Of a stretch of DNA of 64,000 nucleotides, positions 19,485 through 29,005 are shown piece by piece (position 1 is the stretch's first letter; every line of letters starts with the position of its first letter). A model generated the notes under the pieces. It was given only the letters and a program-made list of their open reading frames with translations. It ran no database searches and had not been told where the DNA came from. The DNA lies in the NCBI GenBank assembly GCA_965200895.1, contig CBDAVM010000002.1, positions 1,701,089-1,765,088 on the forward strand, read 5' to 3'. This DNA comes from Vicinamibacterales bacterium. GTDB lineage: Bacteria > Acidobacteriota > Vicinamibacteria > Vicinamibacterales > UBA8438. The position numbers and the translations under genes are program-made.

Positions 19485-22400
19485 CTACCAGTGGATATTC
19501 GTCGCGAACTGCACGAAGCGGCCCTGGATGGTCGAGCTCGCCCGGCCGAGCGAGCCGCCGTAGGTGTTGGTGCCGTTGAGGATCGGCTGGTAGTTGACGA
19601 TGTTGTAGAGGTCGGCCTGCAGGTCCATCCGCATGCCGTTGCCCAGCGTGAACGTGCGCCGGACCGAGAGATCGATCTGGGTCAGCCGATCGTAGAAGAG
19701 CTGGCCGGCCGGCAGCAGCGGGACACTGATGCCCTCGGTGCGGGCGATGCCCAGGTTGTCCATCACGTTCGCCGGCGTGACGTTGTAGTTGATGTTGCCC
19801 GCGTAGGGCCGCGCGCCGGACAACTCGCCGCCGCGGTGCGTGCCGCCCCACTGGTCCTGCGAGCCGCCGGCCACGGCCTCCTGGGCCGGGTAGAACTGCG
19901 CCGACCCGCTGATCCAGAAGCCGCCGGGCAGCGGCACGTTGCCCGAGATCTTGAACTCCTGGAGGAACGGGATGCTGTAGGCCGGCTGCGTGATCGGCAC
20001 GCCGCCGACCATATCGCTTCGGCCGCGCGGATCGCAGAACAGCAGGCGGTTCGGATCGTGCGGGATGTCGCAGCGCACGAAGACGTTGCGCTCCATCACC
20101 CAGCCGCCGAAGACGGTGCTTCCGTTGGGCAGCCGCGCGTTGAAGCCGGTCTCGAAGCCGTTGTAGACCTCCGAGAAGTCGTCGCCGGTCGGCGTGTTCT
20201 GCACCACCCAGTCATCGGCGATGCCCGCCCCCTCGGGATTCAGGTTGAATACGCTGATCCGCGCGGGCACGAGTCCGCCGCTCTGGTTGCACGAGAGGAA
20301 CCCGCGGTTGGGATCCGTCACGCAGGGGTTGTCCATCAGGAACCCCGTGTAATCGTCGAACCCGAGCGCGCGGTTCACCCGCAGGACGCTGTCGTAGGTG
20401 TCGCGGCGGTACCAGTTGAAGCTGGCCGAGAAGCCCTCGAAGAGCTCGCGCTGGACGCCGACGTTCAGCACGCTGACCCAGTTGCGCTCCACGCCGTCGG
20501 GATGCTCGACCGGGCGCGACGCCAGGCCGCCGAAGTTGGCCCGCAGGGGCGGACCGATCTCCCAGTCCTGCGCGAAGCCGTCGCCGTTGGTGCCGCCGTT
20601 CCAGACCGTACCCTCCACGCCGACCGTATGCGCGTCGGCGGTGCTGGCGCCGAACGCGATGCCCGGGTTCAACCCCATCGCCATCAACTCCGTCTGCGTC
20701 AGGCAGGCGCGCCCGTCAAGGCTGGCGCAGTCGACCCAGTTGCGGTTCTCGCGCTGGTACGACACGGGGTTGAACCACTCGGCGTAGGTGAACGTGTTGG
20801 CCGCGTTGTAGCGGCCCCACGACACCTTCAGCGCCGTCGAGGCGTCGCCGAAGACGTCGTACGACAGGCCCAGGCGCGGTGCGAAGTCTTTCCAGTTGGG
20901 CAGGTTGCGCCGCGAGGCGAAGCTCTGCGCCGCCACGAAGCGGCCGGTCTGGGTGATGGTGGAGCGCGGGCCGGGCGTGACGTTCGGCCCGGCCTCGTAG
21001 GTGTGGGCGATCATCTGCTCCCAGCGCAGGCCGAGGTTCAGCGTCAGCCGGTCGATGGTCCAGGTGTCCTGCGCGAAGATGCCCATGTCGCGGGCGTAGT
21101 CGATGCCCGAGATCACGGGCCGGTTCGTCACACGGGCGAACTCGGGGATGCCGTTGCGGTACATCTGCCGCTCCAGATCGCCGTTGCCGGTGCGGTACGA
21201 CTCGTACGGACCCCAACTGTTGTTGGTGCCCACCTTGATGTTGTGCGAGCCGGTGACGTACGAGAGGCCGACGTTGTAGTTGAAGCGCTCGACGCGCCAG
21301 TGCTCGCGGCCCCAGTGGTAGCGGTCGCGGAAGCCGGTTGACTGGTCGTGCCGCAGGACCAGCCCGTACCACGGATCGATGGTCGGGTTGAACTCGTCCG
21401 GGCCGCTGAGCTGTGCCGGGTGGCCGTAGTTCTCGAAGCACGGCGTGGCGTGGCAGGGCATCCAGCCCGCGGCCCGGTCCTGCGTCAGGTCCTGGCCGAG
21501 CGCACTGACGCCGCCGGGCGGATCCTGCTGGTTCCAGTTCTCGACGTTGGTCGAGTAGCCCGCCTCGAGCAGCAGACGGCTGCTGAGCGTCGAGGTCCAC
21601 TTCGCGCTGCCGGTGTAGTAGATGGGCGAACCCTGCCAGCGGCCGGCGGTGGCGATGTCGTCGTTCGAGCCGTGGTTGGCGTAGCGCTCCTTGAAGACCC
21701 GGTCGATGTGCGCCGAGAACTTGTTGTTCTGGCTCGCCTGGAAGGTCAGCCGCAGCAGGCCGCTCGAGATGGTGTTCTCGTCGATGCCCGGGATGCGCTC
21801 GGTGCCGTTGGTGCCGTCGAGCTTCTGCGGGTCGGGGTCGAACCAGCGCGGGGCGGCGTAGTACCAGTTCTGCGGAATCGAGCCGTTGGGATCGAAGCGC
21901 CAGAAGCTGTTGGTGACCTTCTTGTCGATCTGGAAGTTGCGGACGCTGCCGAAGTACCAGAAGCGGTCGCGGACGAGGGGCCCGCCGTGCACGAGGTTCA
22001 TGTCGTACATCATCGCGATGCCCTCGGTGGAGGTCACGCCGCGGTTCTGGACCTCCTGCGAGAGGCTCTCGAGACCGTCGCGCTGCAGGCTGTCGTGGCT
22101 GCCGCCGAACCAGAGCTGGCCGCTCTGCGTGTTGCCGCCCTCGCGCGGGACCATGTTGATGCGCACGCCGCCGCCGGACGTCTCGGCGCTCATGCCGCTG
22201 GTCTCGTAGACCATCTCCTGGTTGGCCAGATGGTTGTGGTAGCTCTGGACGGCGCCGTCGCCGCCGATGCTGTTCATGTTCTGGCCGTCGACCTGGATGG
22301 TCACCTGCGACGGACTCATCCCGTGCACCGACATGTAGGTCTGCTGGGCCGCGGTGGTCAGCCCCACCTCGGGACGGTTCATCTTGACGCCGGTGATGAG

Positions 22401-22889
22401 CTGCGCCGTCGACTGCAGGGTATTGCCGGTCGGGATGGCGTCGAGCAGCTCGCGGTCGAGCACCTCGGCGCGCGCCGTCGACTGGACGTCGACCAGAGGC
22501 GCCTGGCCGGAGACGGTGACCGTCTCCTCAAGGGCGCCCACCGACAGCTCGGCGTTGACCGTGGCCGTGAAGTCGGCCGGCAGGTTCTGCCCCTCGACCA
22601 CGACGGTCGAGAAGCCGGGCAGGCTGAACATCAGGCGGTAGACGCCGGGCCGCAGGTCGATCAGCGTGTAACGTCCCGCCCCGTCCGTGAAGGCGACGCG
22701 GCTGCCCTCGATGAGCGCCGGGCTGGACGCCTCGACGGTGACGCCGGGCAGGATGCCGCCGGTGTTGTCGGTCACCAGCCCGGTGATGGTCTGCGCCATC
22801 GCGGCGCCCGGCGCCAGGGCCAGGCAGACCAGCGCGACGGCGGTGCGCGAGCATCGCGCGCGGTTCGTGTGGTTCGGTTCCTGCAACAA
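19485..22889 (-). CDS. TonB-dependent receptor with carboxypeptidase-regulatory-like domain, paralog of 15891..19166 (1134 aa)
   Basis: TTG at 22889 sits 9 nt after AAGGAGG. Signal RCSRTAVALVCLALAPGAAMAQT. The N-terminal 250 aa are about 75-80% identical by eye to receptor 1. Ends ...FATNIHW. Confidence 0.85.
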   Translation of the reverse strand: MLQEPNHTNRARCSRTAVALVCLALAPGAAMAQTITGLVTDNTGGILPGVTVEASSPALIEGSRVAFTDGAGRYTLIDLRPGVYRLMFSLPGFSTVVVEGQNLPADFTATVNAELSVGALEETVTVSGQAPLVDVQSTARAEVLDRELLDAIPTGNTLQSTAQLITGVKMNRPEVGLTTAAQQTYMSVHGMSPSQVTIQVDGQNMNSIGGDGAVQSYHNHLANQEMVYETSGMSAETSGGGVRINMVPREGGNTQSGQLWFGGSHDSLQRDGLESLSQEVQNRGVTSTEGIAMMYDMNLVHGGPLVRDRFWYFGSVRNFQIDKKVTNSFWRFDPNGSIPQNWYYAAPRWFDPDPQKLDGTNGTERIPGIDENTISSGLLRLTFQASQNNKFSAHIDRVFKERYANHGSNDDIATAGRWQGSPIYYTGSAKWTSTLSSRLLLEAGYSTNVENWNQQDPPGGVSALGQDLTQDRAAGWMPCHATPCFENYGHPAQLSGPDEFNPTIDPWYGLVLRHDQSTGFRDRYHWGREHWRVERFNYNVGLSYVTGSHNIKVGTNNSWGPYESYRTGNGDLERQMYRNGIPEFARVTNRPVISGIDYARDMGIFAQDTWTIDRLTLNLGLRWEQMIAHTYEAGPNVTPGPRSTITQTGRFVAAQSFASRRNLPNWKDFAPRLGLSYDVFGDASTALKVSWGRYNAANTFTYAEWFNPVSYQRENRNWVDCASLDGRACLTQTELMAMGLNPGIAFGASTADAHTVGVEGTVWNGGTNGDGFAQDWEIGPPLRANFGGLASRPVEHPDGVERNWVSVLNVGVQRELFEGFSASFNWYRRDTYDSVLRVNRALGFDDYTGFLMDNPCVTDPNRGFLSCNQSGGLVPARISVFNLNPEGAGIADDWVVQNTPTGDDFSEVYNGFETGFNARLPNGSTVFGGWVMERNVFVRCDIPHDPNRLLFCDPRGRSDMVGGVPITQPAYSIPFLQEFKISGNVPLPGGFWISGSAQFYPAQEAVAGGSQDQWGGTHRGGELSGARPYAGNINYNVTPANVMDNLGIARTEGISVPLLPAGQLFYDRLTQIDLSVRRTFTLGNGMRMDLQADLYNIVNYQPILNGTNTYGGSLGRASSTIQGRFVQFATNIHW

Positions 22890-23296
22890 CGAATATGCCT
22901 CCTTCGAAGGGTTGCACTGCGCCGCGACCCCGTGCGCGCGGCGGTAGCTCCCTGCAAGAGCAAGTTTCGTACCGGTTCTCGTCAGCGCGCAGCGTGGTCT
23001 GCGACGACGCAGCGAACTCCGGTGCCCCCCCTCGGGGGAGGGGGACACCGCACGCCGCCCACGTCGTGACGCGGCGCCCGAATCCAGCCGGATGGATCCA
23101 CGATCCGGGATTCGGCGGTGTCGGCGTCTCACCCCGGCGACCGGTGACGTCGCTCCGCGACTGGACCTCCAATCCGCATGCAGATGGCAGCAGATGCCCA
23201 GTATCCAGGTGCGCAACGTCCCGACGACCTGCATCGGACTCTCACCTTGCGCCGGCGCTCGACGACGGCGCGTCGGCGGCCCGGCGCCGGTGGACG

Positions 23297-25282
23297 TCAC
23301 GCCCGGGCCGCGTCGGCGAGCCGGCGGGCCTCGGCGACCCAGCCGTGGTAGGTCTTCCGCAGGTCGACGAGGAAGGCCCGCATCTGCTCCCGGTCGCGCG
23401 GGTCGCCCAGCACGTCGGACACCCGGAACGGCGGCTTGATCACCGCCGCGCAGACCGTCGAGTGGACCCGGCGGTCGAAGTGGGCGACCGCTATGGGAAC
23501 GATCAGCGGCTCGGGATCGACGCTGGCGGCGAGGCGGAAGGCCCCGGGCTTGAAGGGCCCCGGCGAGTCCTCCGTCCAGTAGCTCGTGCCCTCGGGGCTG
23601 AGGATCAGGTTGGTGCCGGCCCGCAGGCAGCGGCCCGCGGTCTCGAAGAACTCGTCCTGTCGGCTGCGGCGCTGCTCCGGCGTCTCCTCGATGCGGTCGG
23701 ACTCGTGCGTGTAGACGGCGATGTGGCCCAGCCGGTCGTAGTACGCCTGGTGCCCGTACTCCGATCCGCGGCTCTGCCGGACCACCCGGATGCCGCTGTC
23801 GCCGTAGCGCCGGTCGAGGATCATCGCGCTCACGAAGTGCGAGTCCAGCGTGAGCTGGAAGTTGTTGGGCAGCGTGTTATGCTCGTGGTTCTTCAGGTGG
23901 TTGAAGATGAAGATGTGGCCGGGGTCGGCCGGCAGGCGCTCGTCGCCCTCGACGACGTAGCGCATGCGGCGGAACGCCTGCTGGAACCCGCGCGCGCACA
24001 GCTTGCGCACGTCGCGGGCCGGCATACGGTCCGGCGCGGTCGCCACCGCGTGGTAGACGCGGCGCAACGCCTCGAAGAACTCGTGCTCGCGCTTCACGTC
24101 GCGCAGCATCTCCTGGCACAGCTCGGCCAGGCTGCGCTCGAGCGCATCGCCCTCGGCCGCCAGCCGCTCGATGATCGCGAAGGCGTCGCCCACGGTGAGC
24201 TGGCTCCCGAGCAGGTGCGGCACGGTGTGCAGCGGCGAGTGGACACTCAACTGCGTGCAGCTCTGTTCGAGCAGGTTGCCGACCGCCAGCCGCTCCTTCT
24301 CGAACCGCCGCGAGATGAACAGGGCGCGCGCGGCGCCCAGGTGCGTGGACGCCAGCCACAGCACGCGGCGCGCCAGGGCCAGGGCGAAGTGCGGATCGTC
24401 GCGCAGCGCCGTCTCGATCCGCGGCGTCTCGAAGCGGTACACCGTGCAGTCGCGGGTCGCCACCACCGAGGCGTCGTGGGCATCGGCGCCCGGCAGCCCG
24501 GCCAGGGCCACGACCGAGCCCGGCTCCGAGATGGTCCGCAGGGCGAAGGCGTCGCCGGACGACGGCGGGCTGTAGTTGAGCGCCACGCGACCGGTGGCCA
24601 GCACCCACAGGCCGGGCTCCGGGCTCCCCTGCTCGACGATGGGCTCGCCGCGGCAGAAGTAGCGGCTCTCGACGGCCCCTGCGAACAGGCGCAGTTGCCC
24701 CTCCTCCAGCGGCGCGAAGAACGCCGACCGCCGCAGCAGCTCGACCAACGGCGGCGGGGCGCGGTTGTACGCCTCCTCCTCCCCCTCGTCCTGCAGGGCC
24801 CGCGCGAAGTTCACCGGCGTCTGCGAGTACGCCGTCAGCCGCGCCCGCATCGCGGCCAGCCGCTCGAAGCACTGGCGGAGGATCGGCTCCAGGAAGACGA
24901 CGCCCAGCCGCGGCTGCTCCTCGAAGAGCGCGGCCAGGGCAGCGTGCTCGAACTGCAGCGTGCGGCAGGGCCGGGTGCAGACCACGGTGGTGGCGTAGCG
25001 CCGCAGGTCGCGGAACCCGGACCAGCCGACCGCCGTCCACGGGGCCGAACGCTCGCCGACATCGAGGTCCTCGTTGCCCTCATCGAGCCGGATCCGGAAC
25101 CGGACGCCCCCCGCCTCCACGAAGAACAGGCGTCGGGCCGGGGCGAACTGCCGCGTCAGGACGCCGCCGGCATCGAAGCGGCGCTCCTCGGCCAGCGCGG
25201 CCAGACGCTCCCACGGCAGGCCGCGGTCCGCGTCGAGCCACGACGCACGCGCACGGATGGAAGCGATACACTCTCGTGTCAC
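23297..25282 (-). CDS. Fusion protein: two cyclic-nucleotide-binding-like domains + C-terminal PlsC/LPLAT-type acyltransferase domain
   Basis: cNMP-like segments (FFAPLEEGQLRLFAGAVESRYFCRGEPIVEQGSPEPGLWVLATGRV...). Acyltransferase blocks IFIFNHLKNHEHN, LILSPEGTS and PLIVPIAVAHF. Start uncertain (GTG 25282 or 25333); the 25411 start would overlap the divergent esterase gene. Confidence 0.7.
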   Translation of the reverse strand: MTRECIASIRARASWLDADRGLPWERLAALAEERRFDAGGVLTRQFAPARRLFFVEAGGVRFRIRLDEGNEDLDVGERSAPWTAVGWSGFRDLRRYATTVVCTRPCRTLQFEHAALAALFEEQPRLGVVFLEPILRQCFERLAAMRARLTAYSQTPVNFARALQDEGEEEAYNRAPPPLVELLRRSAFFAPLEEGQLRLFAGAVESRYFCRGEPIVEQGSPEPGLWVLATGRVALNYSPPSSGDAFALRTISEPGSVVALAGLPGADAHDASVVATRDCTVYRFETPRIETALRDDPHFALALARRVLWLASTHLGAARALFISRRFEKERLAVGNLLEQSCTQLSVHSPLHTVPHLLGSQLTVGDAFAIIERLAAEGDALERSLAELCQEMLRDVKREHEFFEALRRVYHAVATAPDRMPARDVRKLCARGFQQAFRRMRYVVEGDERLPADPGHIFIFNHLKNHEHNTLPNNFQLTLDSHFVSAMILDRRYGDSGIRVVRQSRGSEYGHQAYYDRLGHIAVYTHESDRIEETPEQRRSRQDEFFETAGRCLRAGTNLILSPEGTSYWTEDSPGPFKPGAFRLAASVDPEPLIVPIAVAHFDRRVHSTVCAAVIKPPFRVSDVLGDPRDREQMRAFLVDLRKTYHGWVAEARRLADAARA

Positions 25283-25374
25283 GTTCGACCGTTCGTCGGC
25301 TCCGGCTTGCTCGTCGGCTCCGGCGCGCGCCACGTTCGTCGGCAGCGCCGCTGCCTCGGCACGTACGTCACGCC

Positions 25375-26442
25375 ATGCGCCGCCACGACGCGATCCGGGC
25401 CACTCGACCACCGCTGACCCGACCCGACGGCTTCTTCCCCTTCTGGCGGGACACGCTGGCGGCGCTGGCCACCGCGCCCGCGAACCCGCGGCCCGGGCTG
25501 GCCGTGACCGCGCCGGAGGGCGCCCGCATCGTCCCCGTGCGCTTCTCGTCCCTGGGCGGCTGCGACATCCAGGGGTTCCTGATCACGCGGGACGGCGGCG
25601 ACGCGCCGCCGTCAGCGGCCCGCCGACCGCTGGTGGTGACCACGCACGGCTACAACGGGCAGTGTAATCCCGTGCTGGAGGCGCGGCACACCGCGGCCAC
25701 CGGGGCGGACCTCTTCTGCTTCGATGTGCGCGGTTTCGGACTGTCGCGCACCGCCTGTCCGGTCGATCCGCGCGGTTACATCCTGACCGGCGTGACGGAT
25801 CCGCGCACCTCCATACTGCGCGGCGCGGTCTGCGACTACGTGCGCGCCGCCGAGGTGGCGCAGCAGCTTGGCGACGGTCTCGCGGGCGTCGTCTTCCACG
25901 GTCGCAGCTACGGCGGCGCGCTCGCATTCCTCGCCCAGGGACTCACGTCGCGCGCCGACTACCTGGCGGTGGCGCTGCCCACGTTCGGCTGGGTCGAGGG
26001 CCGCCGGCGGCTGGTGACGCGCGGGTCGGGCCAGGAGGTCAACGACCACCTCGCACAGAACCCGCGTCTGGAAGCGGCGGCGATGGCGACGCTGCGCTAC
26101 TTCGACACGGTCAACGTCGCCGATCGCATCACCTGCCCCACCTTGATGGGCGTGGCGCGGCGGGACGAGGTGGTGCCCGCCGCCACGGTCTACGCCATCG
26201 CCAACCACATGGACCCGCCGCCCGAGATCATCGAGCTGCCGGTCGGCCACTCCACCGACGAGGAGGAGCGCCGCTGGGTCGACTTCGACGCGCGCTGGAC
26301 CGCTTCGGTGGCCGCACTGGGCGCGCGGGAAGCCGTCGCCCGCGGCACACCCGACACACCCCGACCGGCGGCACGCAACTCGCCTGCCGCGGACAACGCC
26401 CGCGCCGACGGCGGTCCCGCCCGGCGTCAGTACTTGTCGTAG
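25375..26442 (+). CDS. Acetyl xylan esterase / cephalosporin-C deacetylase-like alpha/beta hydrolase (AXE1 family)
   Basis: Trimmed to ATG 25375. PDGFFPFWRDTLAAL matches the AXE1 N-terminal motif. Nucleophile elbow HGRSYGGALA. The C-terminal 50 aa are low complexity, so the end is less certain. Confidence 0.7.
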   Translation: MRRHDAIRATRPPLTRPDGFFPFWRDTLAALATAPANPRPGLAVTAPEGARIVPVRFSSLGGCDIQGFLITRDGGDAPPSAARRPLVVTTHGYNGQCNPVLEARHTAATGADLFCFDVRGFGLSRTACPVDPRGYILTGVTDPRTSILRGAVCDYVRAAEVAQQLGDGLAGVVFHGRSYGGALAFLAQGLTSRADYLAVALPTFGWVEGRRRLVTRGSGQEVNDHLAQNPRLEAAAMATLRYFDTVNVADRITCPTLMGVARRDEVVPAATVYAIANHMDPPPEIIELPVGHSTDEEERRWVDFDARWTASVAALGAREAVARGTPDTPRPAARNSPAADNARADGGPARRQYLS

Positions 26443-27236
26443 CCTTCGGTCAGCTCGATGTAGGTGCCGGCCGGGTCGGTCAGGAACGCGCTGTCGAGCC
26501 CGACGCTCTCGACCTCGTGGTACTCGACGTCGAACTCGATTCCCTTCGCCTTGAGCTTCTCGCAGAACGCCTTCAGGTCATCCACCTCGAAGCCGATGTG
26601 GTCGAGGGCGCGCCCGCGGGTCGGCTCGGTCGCCACATCCGTGCCGGCGAAGCTCATGTTCATGCCGGGCACATCGGTCGTCGTCTGAATCCGGCCGCGC
26701 GGGCGGATGCGGAAATTGAACACCTCCGAGTACCAGTCGAGCAGCTCCTCGTGCTCCGGCGTCCAGAAGTGAATGTGGTAGCCGGCGATCGGGACGTGCA
26801 GCGACGGATCCTCCTGCAGCTCCACCCAGACGTCGTCGGGGGCCATGACGTACGCGTTGGGCATCCCCTCGGCGCCGGTGAAAATCTGCCCCGCCTCCAT
26901 GCCGGCGGCGGTCCAGCGCTCCACGAACTCGGCCGTGTTGCGCACCTTGAAGCCGAAGTGATCCATGACCGAGCCCTGGGTCGGCCCGGCAGGCTCGCGC
27001 TCGCTCAGTGCGATCAGGAAGTTCGGCAGCTTGATGGTGGTCAGCGGCTCCGTCCGGACGACCTCGCCGCCGAACCACTCGACCCAGATCTTCTTGTGGG
27101 CCTCGATGTCGGTCACGTTCAGGTGCACGTGGCCGAAAGTGATGCCGTCGGCGTTCGGCGTCGCGAGCTGGGCCTCGGCGGGAGGCGCGGCGGCGGCGAG
27201 CGCGAGGACCAGGGTGGATGTCAGCAACAGCCTCAT
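26427..27236 (-). CDS. Exported two-domain VOC (glyoxalase/bleomycin-resistance/dioxygenase) family protein
   Basis: ATG 27236 follows AAGGAGA. Signal MRLLLTSTLVLALAAAAPPAEAQ. Two VOC-like halves (FGHVHLNVTD..., LDHIGFEVDDLKAFCEKLKAKGIEF). Confidence 0.75.
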   Translation of the reverse strand: MRLLLTSTLVLALAAAAPPAEAQLATPNADGITFGHVHLNVTDIEAHKKIWVEWFGGEVVRTEPLTTIKLPNFLIALSEREPAGPTQGSVMDHFGFKVRNTAEFVERWTAAGMEAGQIFTGAEGMPNAYVMAPDDVWVELQEDPSLHVPIAGYHIHFWTPEHEELLDWYSEVFNFRIRPRGRIQTTTDVPGMNMSFAGTDVATEPTRGRALDHIGFEVDDLKAFCEKLKAKGIEFDVEYHEVESVGLDSAFLTDPAGTYIELTEGYDKY

Positions 27237-27307
27237 GGTCGATTCTCCTTTTGGCGGCGCGTCGCACACGGCGGGAACGCCGCGTGGTTCGCGAGGTCTC
27301 ACGGCCA

Positions 27308-27398
27308 CCTAGCCCGACGATCGTCGCCTGCGGCTCCGATTGTCGCCCAACCAAGCCTGACTAGGAGCCTGCACCGTTCCTGCGGCGCAAACTCCTAG
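27308..27398. repeat. REP/MITE-like 91-bp intergenic element, copy R1 (inverted twin at 49200..49291)
   Basis: CCTAGCCCGACGATCGTCGCCTGCGGCTCCGATTGTCGCCCAACC..GCCTGACTAGGAGCCTGCACC-gttcct-GCGGCGCAAACTCCTAG. The terminal part forms a hairpin. The reverse complement of 49200-49291 aligns along the full length with few mismatches. Confidence 0.75.
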
Positions 27399-27456
27399 TG
27401 TATCGTGCTTCCGTGCGCGGCCGGCGCCGACCGCAGGCCGTGGGAGGGAACGACAA

Positions 27457-28647
27457 ATGGCTGAGAGCAGGAACGGGCGCGCGCGGAGCGCGTGGAACGT
27501 CGCGACGACGCTCGCCGCGGCGGCGGTGTGGACGATCCTCGCGGCCACGGACACGGCCGGCGCAGGCACGGGTGCTCCGACCGGGCCGTCCGGAGCGGCA
27601 GAACAGGCGGGCCAGGCCGAACCGGCGGCGGAGATCCCGCAGTTCCGGGTCGATCCCTTCTGGCCGGCGCTGCCCGACGACTGGATCCTCGGCCAGACGG
27701 CCGGTGTGGACGTGGACGCCGACGATCACGTCTGGCTCATCCACCGGCCGCGCACGCTCGACGCCCGGCAGCGCGGCGAGGAGGGGATGTGCTGCACCCC
27801 GGCGCCGCCCGTGATCGAGTTCGCCGCCGACGGCACGGTGCTGCGTTCGTGGGGCGGCCCCGGCGCCGGTTACGAGTGGCCCCAGAGCGAGCACGGCATC
27901 CACGTCGACCACCGGGGCCATGTCTGGATCGGCGGCAACGCGGCCGGCGACGCGCACATCCTGAAGTTCACGAAGGACGGCGAGTTCCTGCTGCAGATCG
28001 GCCGCGCCGGGCAGAGCGGCGGCAGCAACGACACCGCCAACCTCGGACGCCCGGCCGGGATCCGGGTGGACCCGGAGGCCAACGAGGTCTATGTCGCCGA
28101 CGGCTACGGCAACCGGCGGGTGATCGTCTTCGACGCCGACAGCGGAGCCTACAAGCGCCACTGGGGCGCCTACGGCGAGCGCCCGGACGATGTCGAGCTG
28201 CCGCCCTACGACCCGGACGCCGATCCGATCCGCCACTACCGCAGCCCGGTGCACGACGTGGCCATCGCCGACGACGGCCTGGTCTACGTGGCCGACCGCA
28301 CCAACGACCGTCTGCAGGTCTTCCGCAAGGACGGGACCTTCGTGCGCGAGGCGTTCATCCGCCCCGACACCCTCGGCAGCGGATCGGCCTCGGGCGTGAC
28401 GCTGTCGGTCGATCCCGACCAGCGCTGGCTGTTCGTGCCCGACGGCACCAACAACGTGATCTGGATTCTCGACCGCGCCTCGCTGACCGTGGTCGACCGC
28501 ATCGGCCGCATGGGCAAGTACGCCGGTCAGTTCTACCGGCTGCACAACGTCGCCATCGACTCGCGGGGCAACCTGTACACCACGGAGGTCAATGTCGGGC
28601 AGCGGCTCCAGAAGTTCGACCGGCTGTCGGGAGGGGACGCCCCCTGA
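27457..28647 (+). CDS. NHL-repeat beta-propeller protein, exported
   Basis: GGGAGGGA RBS and a signal-like N-terminus. Repeated NHL-type blocks (VYVADGYGNRRVIVFD, VYVADRTNDRLQVFRKDG, LYTTEVNVGQRLQKF). Confidence 0.75.
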   Translation: MAESRNGRARSAWNVATTLAAAAVWTILAATDTAGAGTGAPTGPSGAAEQAGQAEPAAEIPQFRVDPFWPALPDDWILGQTAGVDVDADDHVWLIHRPRTLDARQRGEEGMCCTPAPPVIEFAADGTVLRSWGGPGAGYEWPQSEHGIHVDHRGHVWIGGNAAGDAHILKFTKDGEFLLQIGRAGQSGGSNDTANLGRPAGIRVDPEANEVYVADGYGNRRVIVFDADSGAYKRHWGAYGERPDDVELPPYDPDADPIRHYRSPVHDVAIADDGLVYVADRTNDRLQVFRKDGTFVREAFIRPDTLGSGSASGVTLSVDPDQRWLFVPDGTNNVIWILDRASLTVVDRIGRMGKYAGQFYRLHNVAIDSRGNLYTTEVNVGQRLQKFDRLSGGDAP

Positions 28648-28759
28648 TCCGGCGGCGGCTCCCCGCCTGAAGCTGACCACGCATCGCCGACCCATGCGCG
28701 CGAACGCGCGGTCGAGCGCTCCCGAAGGGCCGTCGTCGCGGGCGGAGCACCGGGCACGG

Positions 28760-28930
28760 TCAGCCTCCCGGTCGGGGTTGCGGCGGATCGTCGCCCCGCC
28801 CGGCCGCGCGCTCGTCGTGGCGCTGGCGGTCGAGCCGCAGGACGAACCACAGCGCGAAGGCCGCGAAGCCGAGCAGCAGGCAGACGGCTGCAGCCGGAAC
28901 GACCCAGCCGAAGGTGACGCCGGTATCCAT
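28760..28930 (-). CDS. Hypothetical small membrane protein (56 aa)
   Basis: Internal ATG of track ORF 28760..29464. MDTGVTFGWVVPAAAVCLLLGFAAFALWFVLRLDRQRHDE has one clear TM helix followed by a positive cluster. Divergent from hspQ. Confidence 0.35.
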   Translation of the reverse strand: MDTGVTFGWVVPAAAVCLLLGFAAFALWFVLRLDRQRHDERAAGRGDDPPQPRPGG

Positions 28931-29005
28931 GGTGTGGACTATCCTATCCGCAACGCGAGCGGAGCCACGCGCGACCAGGCGTCGACCGCTGCCGGGCAAC
29001 CAGCC

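Noticed and set aside
15696-21341. 1881-aa ORF on the plus strand, the longest in the track
   Set aside because: It lies antisense to both TonB-dependent receptor genes. The translation is Arg/Ala/Gly/Val-rich with no motifs, and it spans the inter-receptor terminator region. This is a typical stop-poor antisense frame in high-GC DNA.
22890-23296. Riboswitch (for example cobalamin) or other leader upstream of TonB-dependent receptor 2; G/C hairpin GGTGCCCCCCCTC-GGG-GGAGGGGGACACC at 23021-23049
   Set aside because: I found no B12-box-like or other conserved riboswitch core. The hairpin lacks a T-tract and could be a terminator remnant of the upstream gene. The evidence is insufficient to annotate.
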